Source: Octopus sinensis
Taxonomy: Eukaryota
Assembly: GCF_006345805.1 (NCBI RefSeq)
Contig: NC_043006.1
Coordinates: forward strand, 30,380,001-30,444,000
Reading direction: 5' to 3'
Length of the DNA: 64,000 nt
Made by a program: the position numbers and the translations under genes. Position 1 is the first letter of the stretch. Every line of letters begins with the position of its first letter. Under the pieces are notes generated by a model. It had not been told where the DNA came from. It searched no databases and saw nothing but the letters and a program-made list of their open reading frames with translations. Below are positions 51,612-64,000 of the stretch, piece by piece.

Positions 51612-53240
51612 CAGTTGCGGCCAAAATGTTCAGAACGCATTGTTTTCGTCAGAAAAGTAGGTATAAGTGTTTATCAAAGTTGTTTTATATTCTATAATTT
51701 TCACAGACAATAAATACGATATTAATTATTATTGTTTAAGATTTTGGTGTAATTTGAGAGGATAATACAAAAGTTATGGATGATTTTGTGATTTACTGCA
51801 AAACCCATGGCAGCCAAAATGATCAGAATGGTTAAAAAAAATAACAAAATAATCAAAAATGACAGAGAATACTGGAATTATTTAATATTTAGTGTGAAGC
51901 CCTTTACCTTCAATCACACTTTGACATCTTCGACTGCATGAGGAAATTAAATTTTCAATTTCTTGCTGGGTGATCTTATTCCATTCTTCCTGAAGAGCAT
52001 TCCATAATTGCTCGGTTGTTTTAGGATTTCTGGCTTTCGAACGTTCTCCTAGAATATTCCACACATTTTCAATAGGATTAAGACCTGGGCTTTGAGCAGG
52101 CCAATCCATAACAATAATCTTTTCAGCCTTGAGAAAGTTCATGACCACCTTAGCTTTGTGATATGGGGCATTGTCCTGCATGAATATGGGTGATCGCTTA
52201 GTTGAATTTCTCAGCACAGGCAAGACATGATCTTTTACAAGTTGTTTATAAACTCCTGCATTTACCTTTCCATGTAATCGCACCAAAGGGCCCACACCAT
52301 CTCCAGATATCATCCCCCAAACCATGACACTTCCTCCACCGAATTTAACACTAGTCTTAAGGCATTTAGGCGACAATTTTTCACCTACTTTTCGACAAAC
52401 GTACCTTATCCCATCTGAGCCAAATAACATAAACTTAGATTCATCTCAGAAATGCACCGTTTGCCATTTTTCTTGAGACCACAACACATGTTCGGTTGCA
52501 AAGGTAAGACAACACTTTTTATTCTTGGAGATGATCAGTGGCTTCACTGCAGGTGCTCTTGCTTGTAGGTCATGTTCAACTAAACGACGAGACACAGTTT
52601 TTCCAAATAAAGTTTTCTTCAGTACAATGTTCATTTCCCGAGAAACAGCAGCAGCAGTTTTAAATCTGTCCTTTTTAACCAACTTTACCATAGCATAATC
52701 TTCTCTCTTGGTCGTTTTTCTTGGCCTACCTGTGGACTTTCTTGCTTCACACGAACCACAATCATCATAGACCTTAAGAATACCGTGAACAACACTTTTT
52801 CACTTGTTAACAATCTTTGCAATAGACCCAATACTTAAATTATCCTTCTTTCGAAGCTTAATAATCTGCTGATGAATTGGTAACGGAGTAAGTGGCATTA
52901 TATTAACAAAGTACACTGCAGATACTCTTACTAATGTTTAGTAAACGAACCGTCAGGTAAACAAATTCAAAACATTAGAGTTCACCGGTTAAATATACTA
53001 AAACACGGAGTAAAAGCAACCATTCTGATCATTTTGGCCGCCATGGGTTTTGCAGTAAATCACTAAATCATCGATAACTTTTGTATTATCTTCTCAAATG
53101 ACACCAAAATCTCAGCGAATAACAGTTAATATCGTATTTATTGTCTGTGAAAATTATAGAAAATAAAACAACTTTGATAAAAACTTATACCTACTTTTCT
53201 GACGAAAACAATGTTGTTCTGAACATTTTGGCCGCAACTG
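51612..53240 (-). mobile_element. Tc1-like transposon, 1629 bp, IR/DR-type about 222-bp TIRs, TA TSD
   Basis: CAGTTGCGGCCAAAATGTTCAGAAC termini; inner DR GCAGCCAAAATGATCAGAATG at the TIR inner ends (51833 and 53018). Confidence 0.95.
51882..52898 (-). pseudogene. DD34E Tc1 transposase, 338 codons, two in-frame TGA stops, no frameshift
   Basis: MPLTPLP...GRPRKT; F*DESKF; QDNAP-(34 aa)-NPIENVW; stops at 52800-52802 and 52446-52448. Confidence 0.92.
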
Positions 53241-53924
53241 TATATATATGTGGCATGTAAAAAGCACCATCCGATCGTGGCCGTTGCCAGCCTCACCTGG
53301 CCTCCATGTCGGTGGCACGTAAAAAGCACCCACTACACTCACGGAGTGGTTGGCGTTAGGAAGGGCATCCAGCTGTAGAAACATTGCTAGATCAGACTGG
53401 GCCTGGTGCAGCCTTCTGGCTTCCCAGACCCCAGTTGAACTGTCCAACCCATGCTAGCATGGAAAGCAGACGCTAAACGATGATGATGATATATATATAT
53501 ATATATCACTGATGAAGGAAATCAGTCTGATTTGGGGGAAAAAATTTTCTGTTAGCTTGCTTTCCTCGTTTCAATACACTGTGTAACTATAGTGAAAAAT
53601 ATTGTGTGTGGTTAGACGATCCAAGGTCTATTTTTCAGCATATCAGCATAGAAAATTTGTTTTTTGCCCTTATTTACAGTTAAATATATACACACGAAAG
53701 GCTTCTTTCAGTTTTGGTCTCCAAAATCCACTTACAAGACTTTGGTTGGAATGACAGCTGGTCTTTAAGAATATTTAAAAAATTTTTCTGAAGATGATAG
53801 AAAAAAAAAGTACAAAGTTTTACTTTCATCTTAATCAGTTTTGAACCTTGGTCAGAATGTCTTGCAGTTCCTTGTCTGTGCACAACTTTAACCACTAGCC
53901 TACTGGGTCCTCTTTTAAGGCATA

Positions 53925-54336
53925 CTCTTTTTTACTCTTTACTCTTTTACTTGTTTCAGTCATTTGACTGCGGCCATGCTGGAGCACCGCCTTTAGTCGA
54001 GCAAATCGACCCCGGGACTTATTCTTTGTAAGCCCAGTACTTATTCTATCGGTCTCTTTTGCCGAACCGCTAAGTGACGGGGACGTAAACACACCAGCAT
54101 CGGTTGTCAACCAATGCAAAGAGGACAAACACAGACACACAAACATACACACATAAATATATACATATATACGACAGGCTTCTTTCAGTTTCCATCTACC
54201 AAATCCACTCACAAGGCATTGGTCGGCCCGGGGCTATAGCAGAAGACACTTTCCCAAGATGCCACGCAGTGGGACTGAACCCGGAACCATGTGGCTGGTT
54301 AGCAAGCTACTTACCACACAGCCACTCCTGTGCCTA
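53925..54336 (-). mobile_element. Full-length tRNA-derived SINE
   Basis: TAGGCACAGGAGTGGCTGTGTGG head, GGTTCAGTCCC B-box, (AAAGAGT)n tail; absent at the homologous site in arm A (about 30000). Confidence 0.88.
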
Positions 54337-54645
54337 TGTCAAAAATAAGATGAATTAGGGTTAGAGTTTAAATATCTTATTTTTAAATTGATGGTTGTGT
54401 GGGTAAATGCCCTGTAAGTAATCATGATAGGAGGGTAGAGGTTTCAACTAGTCCTATAAATATGCTGGTTTAACATTTAAAAAAAAATTTATCTAGACAT
54501 AAAAAGAAGGAAAAGACATACAATTTTCATTTCCACTCTGCCCAGTATTGGACAATGGACAAAATCTTCCATCTAAGCTGTTGTTCTGCCTCACCATGCC
54601 ATTAAACACTAATTTACTGGGTTCCCCACTTCCAGGTTCAGTGAA

Positions 54646-55406
54646 TAGTCATGTGGTGAGAATAGATGTGGATAGCTGTGTGAAAACCTGTGGAAGAGGT
54701 AGACTCAGGAAGACCTGGGATGAGGTGGTGAAGCATGACCTTCAAACATTGGGCCTCACCAAGACAATGACTAGTGACCGGGACCTCTGGAAATATGCTG
54801 TGCTTGAGAAGACTCGGCAAGCGCAAGTGAGACCATAACCTCATGGCCTATGCCAGGGGTGCAACCAGTCCACTTGTGCATGCCTTTTCTTCATTGGACA
54901 CTAAATTCTGATTGCGAAGACTTGTTGAGGCAAGTGAATCGGAATCAAAATCAAATTCGATGACTGGCACCCAAGCTAGTGGAGCGCTAAGAGTACCATA
55001 CAAGTAAGATCGTTGCCAGAGCAACAAGCTGGCCTCTGAACCAATGGCACGTTAAAAACACCATTTGAGTGTGATCGTTACCTGCGTCGCCTTACTAGCA
55101 CCTGTGCTGGTAGCCCATGAAAAACATTTGAAGTGAGGTCGTTGCCAGTGCCACTGGACTGGCTCCTGTGCAGGTGGCACATAAAAAGCACCATCTGAGC
55201 GTGGCCATTGCCAGTACTGCCTGACTGGCACATAAAAGCACCCGCTACACTCTCAGAATGGTTGGCGTCAGGAAGAGCATCCAGCTGTAGAAACTCTGCC
55301 AGATCAGATTGGAGTCTGGTGCAGCCATCTGGTTCGCCAGACCTCAGTCAAATCATCCAACCCACGCTAGCATGGAAAGCGGACGTTAAACGATGATGAT
55401 GATGAT
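54646..55406 (+). mobile_element. RTE LINE 3' end with (GAT)n tail, probably the continuation of 49330-50917
   Basis: Resumes at the GHV.R codons; GRGRLRKTWDEVVKHD; full 3' UTR. Confidence 0.85.
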
Positions 55407-56582
55407 GGATAGATAGATATAGTGCGTGTATAAACACAAACATTTTTTATGCATACACAGACATGTATATAATTCATATAAATACAAACATATATTTATC
55501 TACATACCTGCATCTCTATATACACATATAAAAACTGCATGAATTTACCAAAGCATTTCAAACATTTCCAATCAGCAAACTGTGGAAGCAAGCAGAAGTC
55601 CTGTATAAAAAGATACTGTTACTTTACATGAAATTTCTGATGGATTCAAGAGATCCAAATGTGCTTTCTTTTGGCAGAAATTGGAAAATAACCATTTATG
55701 GAGGACAAACCTTCTCTTGAGATAAACATCAATACACACATACACACACAAAAAAGCCAATTCTTTTTATTCTTTGCAAGAAATTATCTTGGAAGAATGA
55801 AACACTGATATATGAAGTTAGAGTTTTATTCCCAACTAAATTCACAGGGATGTTGTTACAAAAAATAAGTTATTTTTGCTGAAACTCTACACAAAAATTA
55901 TATTTAAAAAAAAAATTTGGTAATTTTGTTTTCTTTTTTTTATGTCAGCCAATTTGGTCCTCACAACTTGTGTGATGCCAGAGAATACATAAAACATTGA
56001 AGACAACACTTCTACTCTCAATGTTTGTATCATGACTGGTGGATTAATATAACCATACTATGTCATGACAGTGAAATCATTCATAAATGAGGAACAGAAC
56101 AAAAATAGTGAAGTAGCTGTAGAATGATGTCAACTTCAATTCTTTACAAATCTCCAGAACTAAAGTTAATATCATGACCAAAAACCGTGAGTAAGAACTT
56201 CATATACATATCATCTGTAATATTTGAAATCTATAAAGTGAATTGAAATAACATTTTGCCACTTTAATTCTTTACACTCTGACACTCTTCTCACAGATAT
56301 TCCTTGGAGGAAATAATTTCTGGACATGAGAGAAGCTCGTGGTCATTCTAATCCCTTGATATTAAGTTTCTTTCTCATAACGCACTGTCTTATCTAGTTC
56401 AATGAAGGTAATGTTAAAAAAGGCAAGAAAAACAGGAAAGCCATTGGTGCAATTGTTCGTTAATATGGCATATTTCAGCTGCCACTGCATTGTATGACAA
56501 GTTTAAAGAAAAACCTTTTAATTCTGTTAGTCTTTCTTTCAAGAGTTTTACAGTTCTATATTTAAGAGATGAGGAATTATGT

Positions 56583-56882
56583 ACATTATTTACATTTAAA
56601 GGATATTTGTCCTCATCCTGTTTGTTATTAACACAATGTTTCGGCTGATATACCCTTCAGCCTTCATCAGGTGTCTTGGGGAAAACTGGCCTGAATAATA
56701 ACAACAACAACAGCAACAGCAGCAAAAACAACAATAACAACATCGAAAAATACCTTAGGAATAAGAACCCAATTTCAAAATTTCCCCAAGACACCTGATG
56801 AAGGCTGGAGATTATATCAGCTGAAACGTTGTGTTAACAACAAACAAGATGAGGACAAATATCCGTCAAATGTAAATAATGT
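56583..56882. mobile_element. Inverted pair of Penelope-type pLTR ends (102-bp arms)
   Basis: 56583-56684 is the reverse complement of 56781-56882 at about 90% identity, with an (AAC)n spacer; each arm holds a hammerhead motif. Confidence 0.75.
56791..56834 (+). ncRNA. Minimal type I hammerhead ribozyme motif with canonical core
   Basis: ACAC-CTGATGA-A-GGCTG(GAGATTATAT)CAGCT-GAAAC-GTT-GTGT. Confidence 0.75.
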
Positions 56883-57479
56883 TTCAAGAGTTTTGTTTTG
56901 AACTAAACTGAATAAAGATTATATAACCCTGCCTATAAATGATGCTGTTGTGTAGCACCAGGTGAGCCACGTTGGTAGTCAGCTGAATGACAAGGCGCAA
57001 ACTACAAATCTATCTTCCTGATTATACTGTGTCTCTGCCCATCTAAAGTCATGCATTTAGGAAGAATAAGTATACAGGCTGATTCTGGTCCTCTTCATGA
57101 TCCAGTTTATTTTTGTAAGGGAAGCTGGAATATTGCAGCTGGCACATTGATGTATGAAGTGTTTAAGATGATATTACCATATTACATCTTTTGTAAACTT
57201 TACTATTTGAAATCCAGGTTTTGAGTGCACTGAAGTCTCCCTCAATCTTGGTGCATTGCACTCTAATTGGATTGTGTAACCTAGAATATAATACAATAAA
57301 TAACAGCTGTTTTGTACCATATAAAAGAAGCAACAACTTAACATACTCTCTCTTGTTAAGGTTATGAAGGAAAGTATCATAACCGAACAACTGGTGTAGA
57401 AGCATCATAGTCAACTGTTACAAGAATAAAGGAAATGCCTTATAGAGGAATAATTACAGAAGTATTAAATTGCTGGGCC

Positions 57480-58720
57480 AGGTGATGAAGTCACTGAAAG
57501 AGTCATAGATGAAGTAATTAAGAAGAGAGTTAACCCAGATGAAACGCAGTTTGGTTTCGTGCTGGAAAGAAACACTACTGTTGCTCTCTTTATAGTTTGG
57601 CAATTACAGGAGGAATACTTAGCAAAAAGTCAGTTGTTCTTAGCATTTGTCAACTTCGGGAAAGTCTTTGAGAGGGTGCCTCGCTGTCTCATCTAGGGGT
57701 TGTTGCAGAAGCTAGGAGTAGAAGAATGGCTAGTGAGACCCAGTCAAACCATGTACAGGGATGCTGTCAGCAAAGTGAGTTAACAATGAGTTCAGTGATG
57801 AATTTAGAGTGCAGGCAGGTTTTCATCAGGCTTTGGCTATCAATACACTCACACTTAACATTGTCCTCCTAACCATAACAGAAGACTTGAAAACTGGTTA
57901 CCCATGGCAACTCCTCTATGCTGATGACTTTGTCCTTATAACTGTAGCAGAATTAAAAATGAAATTTCAGGTGTAGAAGCAAAACCTGGAACCAAGGGGT
58001 CTTAAAGTTAACTTAGCAAAGACCAAAGTTCTAGTTAGCATGAAAACAGACAGGACACTAACCTGTTTGGGTAAATGGCCGTTCTATATGTAGATAAGGT
58101 GTAGGTAGGAACTTTATATGGTGTATTCAAGGCAGACTATGGACACTAAGAAGTGCAGTGGAATCACAGGAAGGTTAACAGAGAAAGTAGAATATGTAGC
58201 AGATGCATAGATGTAATAAACACTAAGAGCACATGGAAATTAGATGTCCCGGAATGCCTGGTGAGCTTCGTAGATATAGCAAATAGTTTCAGTCACCTAA
58301 GTGACTGAATTAGCAGTGGAGGAGGATGCTTTAAAAATATAGTTGCTAGAATAAGAACTGGCAGACTGTACAATGCCTATGTACGAACATCAATGCTACA
58401 TGGTTGTGAAACTTGAACTCTGTGATGGTAGAGGACACATGAAGACCAGAAAGAAATGAAACCAGCATGTTCTGATGGATGTGCAATATCAATGTACATG
58501 TAGAACAAAGTACAAATGTGGTGTAGAGGAAAGAAAACTGCTGGTTGGGTGACTATATTAAGAAGTGTTGATTGCTAAATGTAGAAGAAGCCTAGGTAAG
58601 AGGGGAACCCAGGAAGACATAGGATGAAGTGGTGAAGATTGACCTCTCAGACAAGATGACAGGCGACCAAGATGAATGGTGATATTCTATGCTTGAGAAT
58701 ACTTATCCATCTCAGCAGAG
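57480..58720 (+). mobile_element. Old degenerate RTE LINE RT fragment
   Basis: QFGFVL...TT, LLYADDFVL, VNLAKTKV remnants with many stops. Confidence 0.8.
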
Positions 58721-61700
58721 TTGAGGTTTTGTCAAAGCTCCCCCCAACCCAACTCATTCTTCTGTGGTAACCTATTTCCTTCCTTCGTTTTCCCTCCAGT
58801 CAACTAGTCTTCTCTGCATCCAGCTCATCCTCTCTTTCTAATCATGTCACACCATTCTCATACACTTATTTAAGAAACCACCTGTCCTGCTCCTCTATCC
58901 TTACTCTTATATTCCCCCTCGTACCATGACCTCACATCCCTCCCTCTCTTTCCACATGGGCAAGCCATATATGCACCTTTTCACCTGCTTCTGTCTCTCC
59001 ATCATATTTTCTTATCCCTTAATACTATATGCTACTTAGTTGAAGGGGCCTTGTTTTATGAGTACTTGGTGACATCACCAGTCCTAATACCACACACACA
59101 CACACAATATATATATATTTGTTGTTTAATCTGACTATTTTGAAAGTGTGCATTTCTAGTGTTGCTTTTTATCAGAGAATGTCATTTGTGATCATTTATT
59201 TTGTACAATGAATACAAGACCTGTTTTTGAGAACACAAGTTTCATTGATTTTAGTGTAACTTGGATTACAGGTGTTTCCTGAATTATTGTTATGAGAATA
59301 CTGTGCGACAATGAAATCTTTAAGTCTCATATTTTTTATGCTATCGATGTACAATTTTAAAACCGCTTCAAGTATTTTATGAATGAATGCAGGTCAGACC
59401 TGTGACAAGGGAGATAACAATGGATAAACTTGTGCTTATCACTGCTGTTGCTGTAGCCATTGTGTTTCTTGGGGTATTTGTAAATGGGGATGTCCATTAG
59501 TGGTTATCTGGACATATTGTAAAACACATTTAGGAGTGTTTAAGCGTCCATTTTGTAAACTGACATTCTTTGATGTTGCTTGTACATGTTGGTAAAAACA
59601 TTTCTGTCATAGAAACACTGTTTGACCAACATTGAAGCTGCATAAACGCTTCCTGTCCAAACAATTTTTAAGACTGCAAGATAATGTCTGAGAAAGATTT
59701 GTCTTAAATTTCTTACAGGCCAAGTCACTGCATATAAGAAGAACATTCTTCTACTCCATAGGTGTTTCCTTACGTAACACAAGTGTGTGTGTGATGTTAA
59801 TCATTTGAAAGTTCACTCTTGTGCTTCCCACTGACTCCAATTACACCAGATTTTACAGAACAGAAGGTGAGTGAGCCTTTAGATAACCAACTAATTTACT
59901 GTTAATGTTTATCTTTTGTCATTAATAATGCACCAGTAAAGAGACTAAATTCTTTGGACCCTTACTATGAACAGGCACAGATATAAACAGCATCAGCATT
60001 AAAGTGTTAAACTAGAAAAAATAAAAAGTCACACAAACAATTCTTCTTAGAGAAATAAATCTACTTTAAATCTTGTCTCCAAAATTGGTAATATTTTAAA
60101 ATCTGGAATGTCTCATTGTCTGTTACCTTCATTTATGTTTTTTTTTTGTCTTCTTTCACACTTTCTTATAAATATTTTCATTGAAATCAATGTTCTGAGT
60201 TTATAATTGATAGAAGATTGTTACATTCTTATTGAAACGGATGACTGCTATACCTGGATATTTATGAAATGGTAATGAGATAGTGATAAATGTGGAGTGC
60301 TGATGAAAAAAATATCTACATTAATATTTGCTTTAAATCAATAAAAAATAATCATGAAATAGTTATTTATTCTGAGAAAGACAATCCATAATTTGATATA
60401 ATTTCTTACATAACCACAAAGCCTTCTGATTTATAAGGAAATGTAAAAGACACTTGTATTTGTGAAGTGAAATAGTTGTACATGATGATGATACAACAGT
60501 CAAAAGATTGTTAAGTAGTTTCAAGATAACATGGTAGCATTAACCCTTTAGCATTTAAAATAGCCAAATCCGGGCTCTCACACTTACCCTACAATGTAAT
60601 CCTAAAAATACTTTATTGCATTTGAATCTATAAAAAGTGATGATCTAATGATACAAACATTACACAAATACCAGACATGACAGAAATGCAAGCTAAATTG
60701 TTACTGAATTTATATATTAATGTTAAGGGCTTCAAAAATTATCTCTACAAATCATATTAAATGGGTTGTGCTTTGAATCTTAAAAATAATCTTTTTCTTC
60801 AGATGGTCAAGCATTGCCAAACAGAAACTGCAAAATTAATGTACTTTCCTCCAAGAACCATATTCCCATTTGACACCATCATCACAAGCCAAACACGTGA
60901 GGGATATTAAACTTGGAACTGGCTGTAAATAACCAACATCAGTTTATCTATACAGCCATGGGTTACACATCCCAAGCTCAGTCTTTGTCATATCACCTTC
61001 CACTTGGTTGAAAAACGGACATTTGACTTTCCTTCACCCAAATCTTGGTACAGACCAGTGCAGTCTTATCTCTAACACAAAAGGCTCATCTGATGTTCTC
61101 TCTTTCTTTGGGGGATTATACACTGACATTAGACATCCAACAGAGCATGCTTGACTCCTCATCTTTTTTTTTTGCTTTCAGCCTTCACACATTCCGTGCA
61201 TTGTGTGTGATGTTGCACACAAGGCTCCTGACATCTGTGCTTGATTTCAAAGAAATCCTTTACTGTCAAGAAAGGTAACAGTTCTCCAAACCTTCCATGC
61301 CCACTTCCTCCTAACTCTCGCTAATTATACTTACACAACCACCATTTCTGATATTGATTAGATCATTGATTTTTATACCACCGGAGACAACAACCCTATA
61401 CTGATGCAGATTAAGAGTCCCAAAGGATTAAACTGAGCAGAAAAGATGACAGACTGGGTTTGTTATAATAAAGAATATATTTAATAATTATCTCTCTACA
61501 CTTATAAGAAATGCTTGCATTTTTTTTTCCAAGATGTAACAAACTAAAGTATTCTAATGTTGCACAAGGCCAGCAATTTTCAGGGGAGGGGTTAGTTGAT
61601 TACATTGACCCCAGTGCTCAACTGGTACCTATTTCACCAACCCCAAAAGGATGAAAAGTAAAGTCAGCCAAGGAAGAATTTGGATTCAGATGTAAAGAGC

Positions 61701-61841
61701 TAGAAGACAAAATGCCACTAAGGCATTTTGTCCAACCTGCTAATGGTTCTGCCAGATTACAGTTCACATCTTCTAATGCAAAATGTGATTACCTTGCTAT
61801 AAAATCTAACATGCTTCAGAGTGTGTATGTATGTATGTATG

Positions 61842-61878
<37 letters not shown>

Positions 61879-64000
61879 GAAATCTTGATTAAACATTTTT
61901 TATTCCACTACCTTGTGAAAAATTAATTTTTTGTCATTTGTTTATTATTTGGAATTCCTGAAAATGAGATTATTAAAGTTGTGAGAAAGTAAAAGAAAAA
62001 AGAGAGGCAATAGTAAAGAAGAGAGAAAGATAAAGTGAGATCAAGATAAAGGGCTTCTTTATAAAGTTTATTCCTTTGAATTACATTGATATAAAGAAAC
62101 ACAGTTTTGAAATGTCATTTTTAAGAGTTAACTTCTAAATAATAAATGTAGAGAAACCAATATATTTGATCAGTGGCAGATAAGTATGGGAGAATATTCC
62201 TCTCTGAAGATCGTAACAGATGAAGATGACAAGGAGGATTCCACTTGAAAAATTTCCAACCACAACAATCAAAACTAAAGAATATTTTTTAGTAACAGAC
62301 CTTGAAAACTACCGTTCCAAATTGCAAAGTCAATGGATATGAAAAGGAACCAATGAACACTACCACCACCAATGACAGAAATAAGAGTTTTAGTAGTAGT
62401 AGTAGTAGTAGCCATAATAATAATAATGATAATTGTAGCAGTACTAATTGTTACAGTAATCAGAAAAGCATAAGGTTAAAAGCCAATAAGTTAAATAAAA
62501 CAAACTTCATGAATGACATTTATACAGAGGATGAAATATGAATGACAGTGAAAATGTTTGACAGCAAGGAATGAGAAAAGAAACTACACAACAAAGAAAA
62601 ATATTTTTAAAAAAAGTGGGTTGTGTTTCTAAATTGATTTTTTTCTCTCTCTGATAAATTCTAAATAAATTCTAATATTAATAATCAAAATACAAAGATG
62701 GTTAAATGCTAATTACTTAGATGCTTAAAATGTAAGAAAAACATGAAAATTAGGGAGCAGAGTTTGGTGGACCACAAAGTGTGTTAATCTTTCATAGAAC
62801 CACTCTGGCTTCTCCAGCTGCACACAAAAATAACCATGGCTATCACACAATTATTATACAAGATATAAGCATTAGCGTTATTAAGTGTACATCTCAGACT
62901 CAGCTTATATATGTTATATATATATGTGTGTGTGTGTGTGTATTGCATTTCTATGAATATATTCTACAATATGATATGGCTCAACAACACATTGTTACGA
63001 TGACAAAACTATTCATGGATGAGCAGAACTCTTGGCTTTATAGCCATTCCATTATCAATGGAATTTCTGATTAAATTTGTCTATACATACACACACATAT
63101 TTATGTGTGTGTGTGTGCACATATATATATTGAAAATTTTAATGAACATTCTGAGCAAATCATTTCAGTTATATACCCTTAGATCAGAAAAAGATACACT
63201 TCAAAATAATGTAAATGAAAGCTAAAATGAAATTTGAGTGACAAGTAGATTCCTGTCACAAAACTATGCAGACAATGTAACACAACAGAACTGATATCAT
63301 TCTTGAGATGCACCAAATTCTCGATCAGGATTTTATTTGATATCTCTATAGACACTCTTGAAATCTTGTTGCTTTCTAATCCCAACAAATTGAAATCAAG
63401 AATTTTTACAAGGGCCCTACACTAATAAGGATATCAACAGAGAAAGTATAAAGAAGGTTCTCCACATGTTACATTTCTCAAGTTATCTTCTACTTGTGCA
63501 TTTTTGCTAGCAAGCTGAATAAAATTTAACTTTACCATTCATTTGAATTATTTTCTGAATTTTAAACTGTGATAAATTTAGTGTGTGTATTTTATTAAGA
63601 AAAATAAGTAGAATCATTCTATGCTGTCAGTGTTTTGAAGATTATGAAAGACATAAGCAATTTTAACAAAAACTTCAAAACACATATGAACACATACAAC
63701 AGTAAATCATCCAAAATACCAAACCAAAGTCTAGATTAATAATAGAAATGTTTTGAAATATTACTTTTAATTATGTAGCCATTAATGTCTACTAGATGTC
63801 TCAAGCATTTTGTTTGCTTTTTGTTGTTTATTGTTAGAGTTGCTTATCTTTTTATGAATATTTCCAGGTTAGAAACAGATTTTTTTCAACTAATGTTAAT
63901 TCTTATTCAAAAGGACCAATCAAAATTACACATAAATATACTCTAACTACAATTGTCATAATAATAATAAATGGCAAACAAAATAAAAATCAACAATAAT

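Larger units (their letters stand above)
50918..54645. repeat. Arm B of the inverted duplication, carrying a Tc1 and a SINE absent from arm A
   Basis: After removing 51612-53240 and 53925-54336 it is about 1.7 kb and aligns to the reverse complement of 29694-31389. Confidence 0.9.

Noticed and set aside
59540-59782. 80-aa minus-strand ORF, possibly a piggyBac Cys-rich tail
   Set aside because: No consistent Cys/His spacing in any single frame.

Overview
Eukaryotic, AT-rich, repeat-dense genomic DNA. The repeat families (RTE LINE tails ending in (GAT)n, tRNA-derived SINEs, dense TA/CA microsatellites) suggest a coleoid cephalopod such as Octopus; this is inferred from family recognition, not a database hit. 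Two convergent spliced genes are present, and the ORF track misses almost all of their exons. (1) The last 8 coding exons of mitochondrial t6A enzyme OSGEPL1 (+, 1940-18425, 306 aa in window; the N-terminus lies upstream of the window). (2) A complete 7-exon, 145-aa UPF0047/YjbQ-family gene (-, 42504->25632) with exons of 20-42 nt. The rest is mostly mobile DNA: RTE, R4/Dong-like and BovB-like LINE pieces, a near-intact DD34E Tc1, a DD37D maT element, a mariner relic, a gypsy relic, two Helitrons, several MITEs and SINEs. The most notable items are four minimal hammerhead-ribozyme motifs in three Penelope-type repeats (two with core variants), a 1.7-kb inverted ectopic copy that preserves empty versus filled TE sites, an inverted LINE pair enclosing YjbQ exon 6, a Merlin-like MITE upstream of YjbQ and a tandem array of exon-like units. 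I found no prokaryotic features, no CRISPR array and no demonstrably new protein system.
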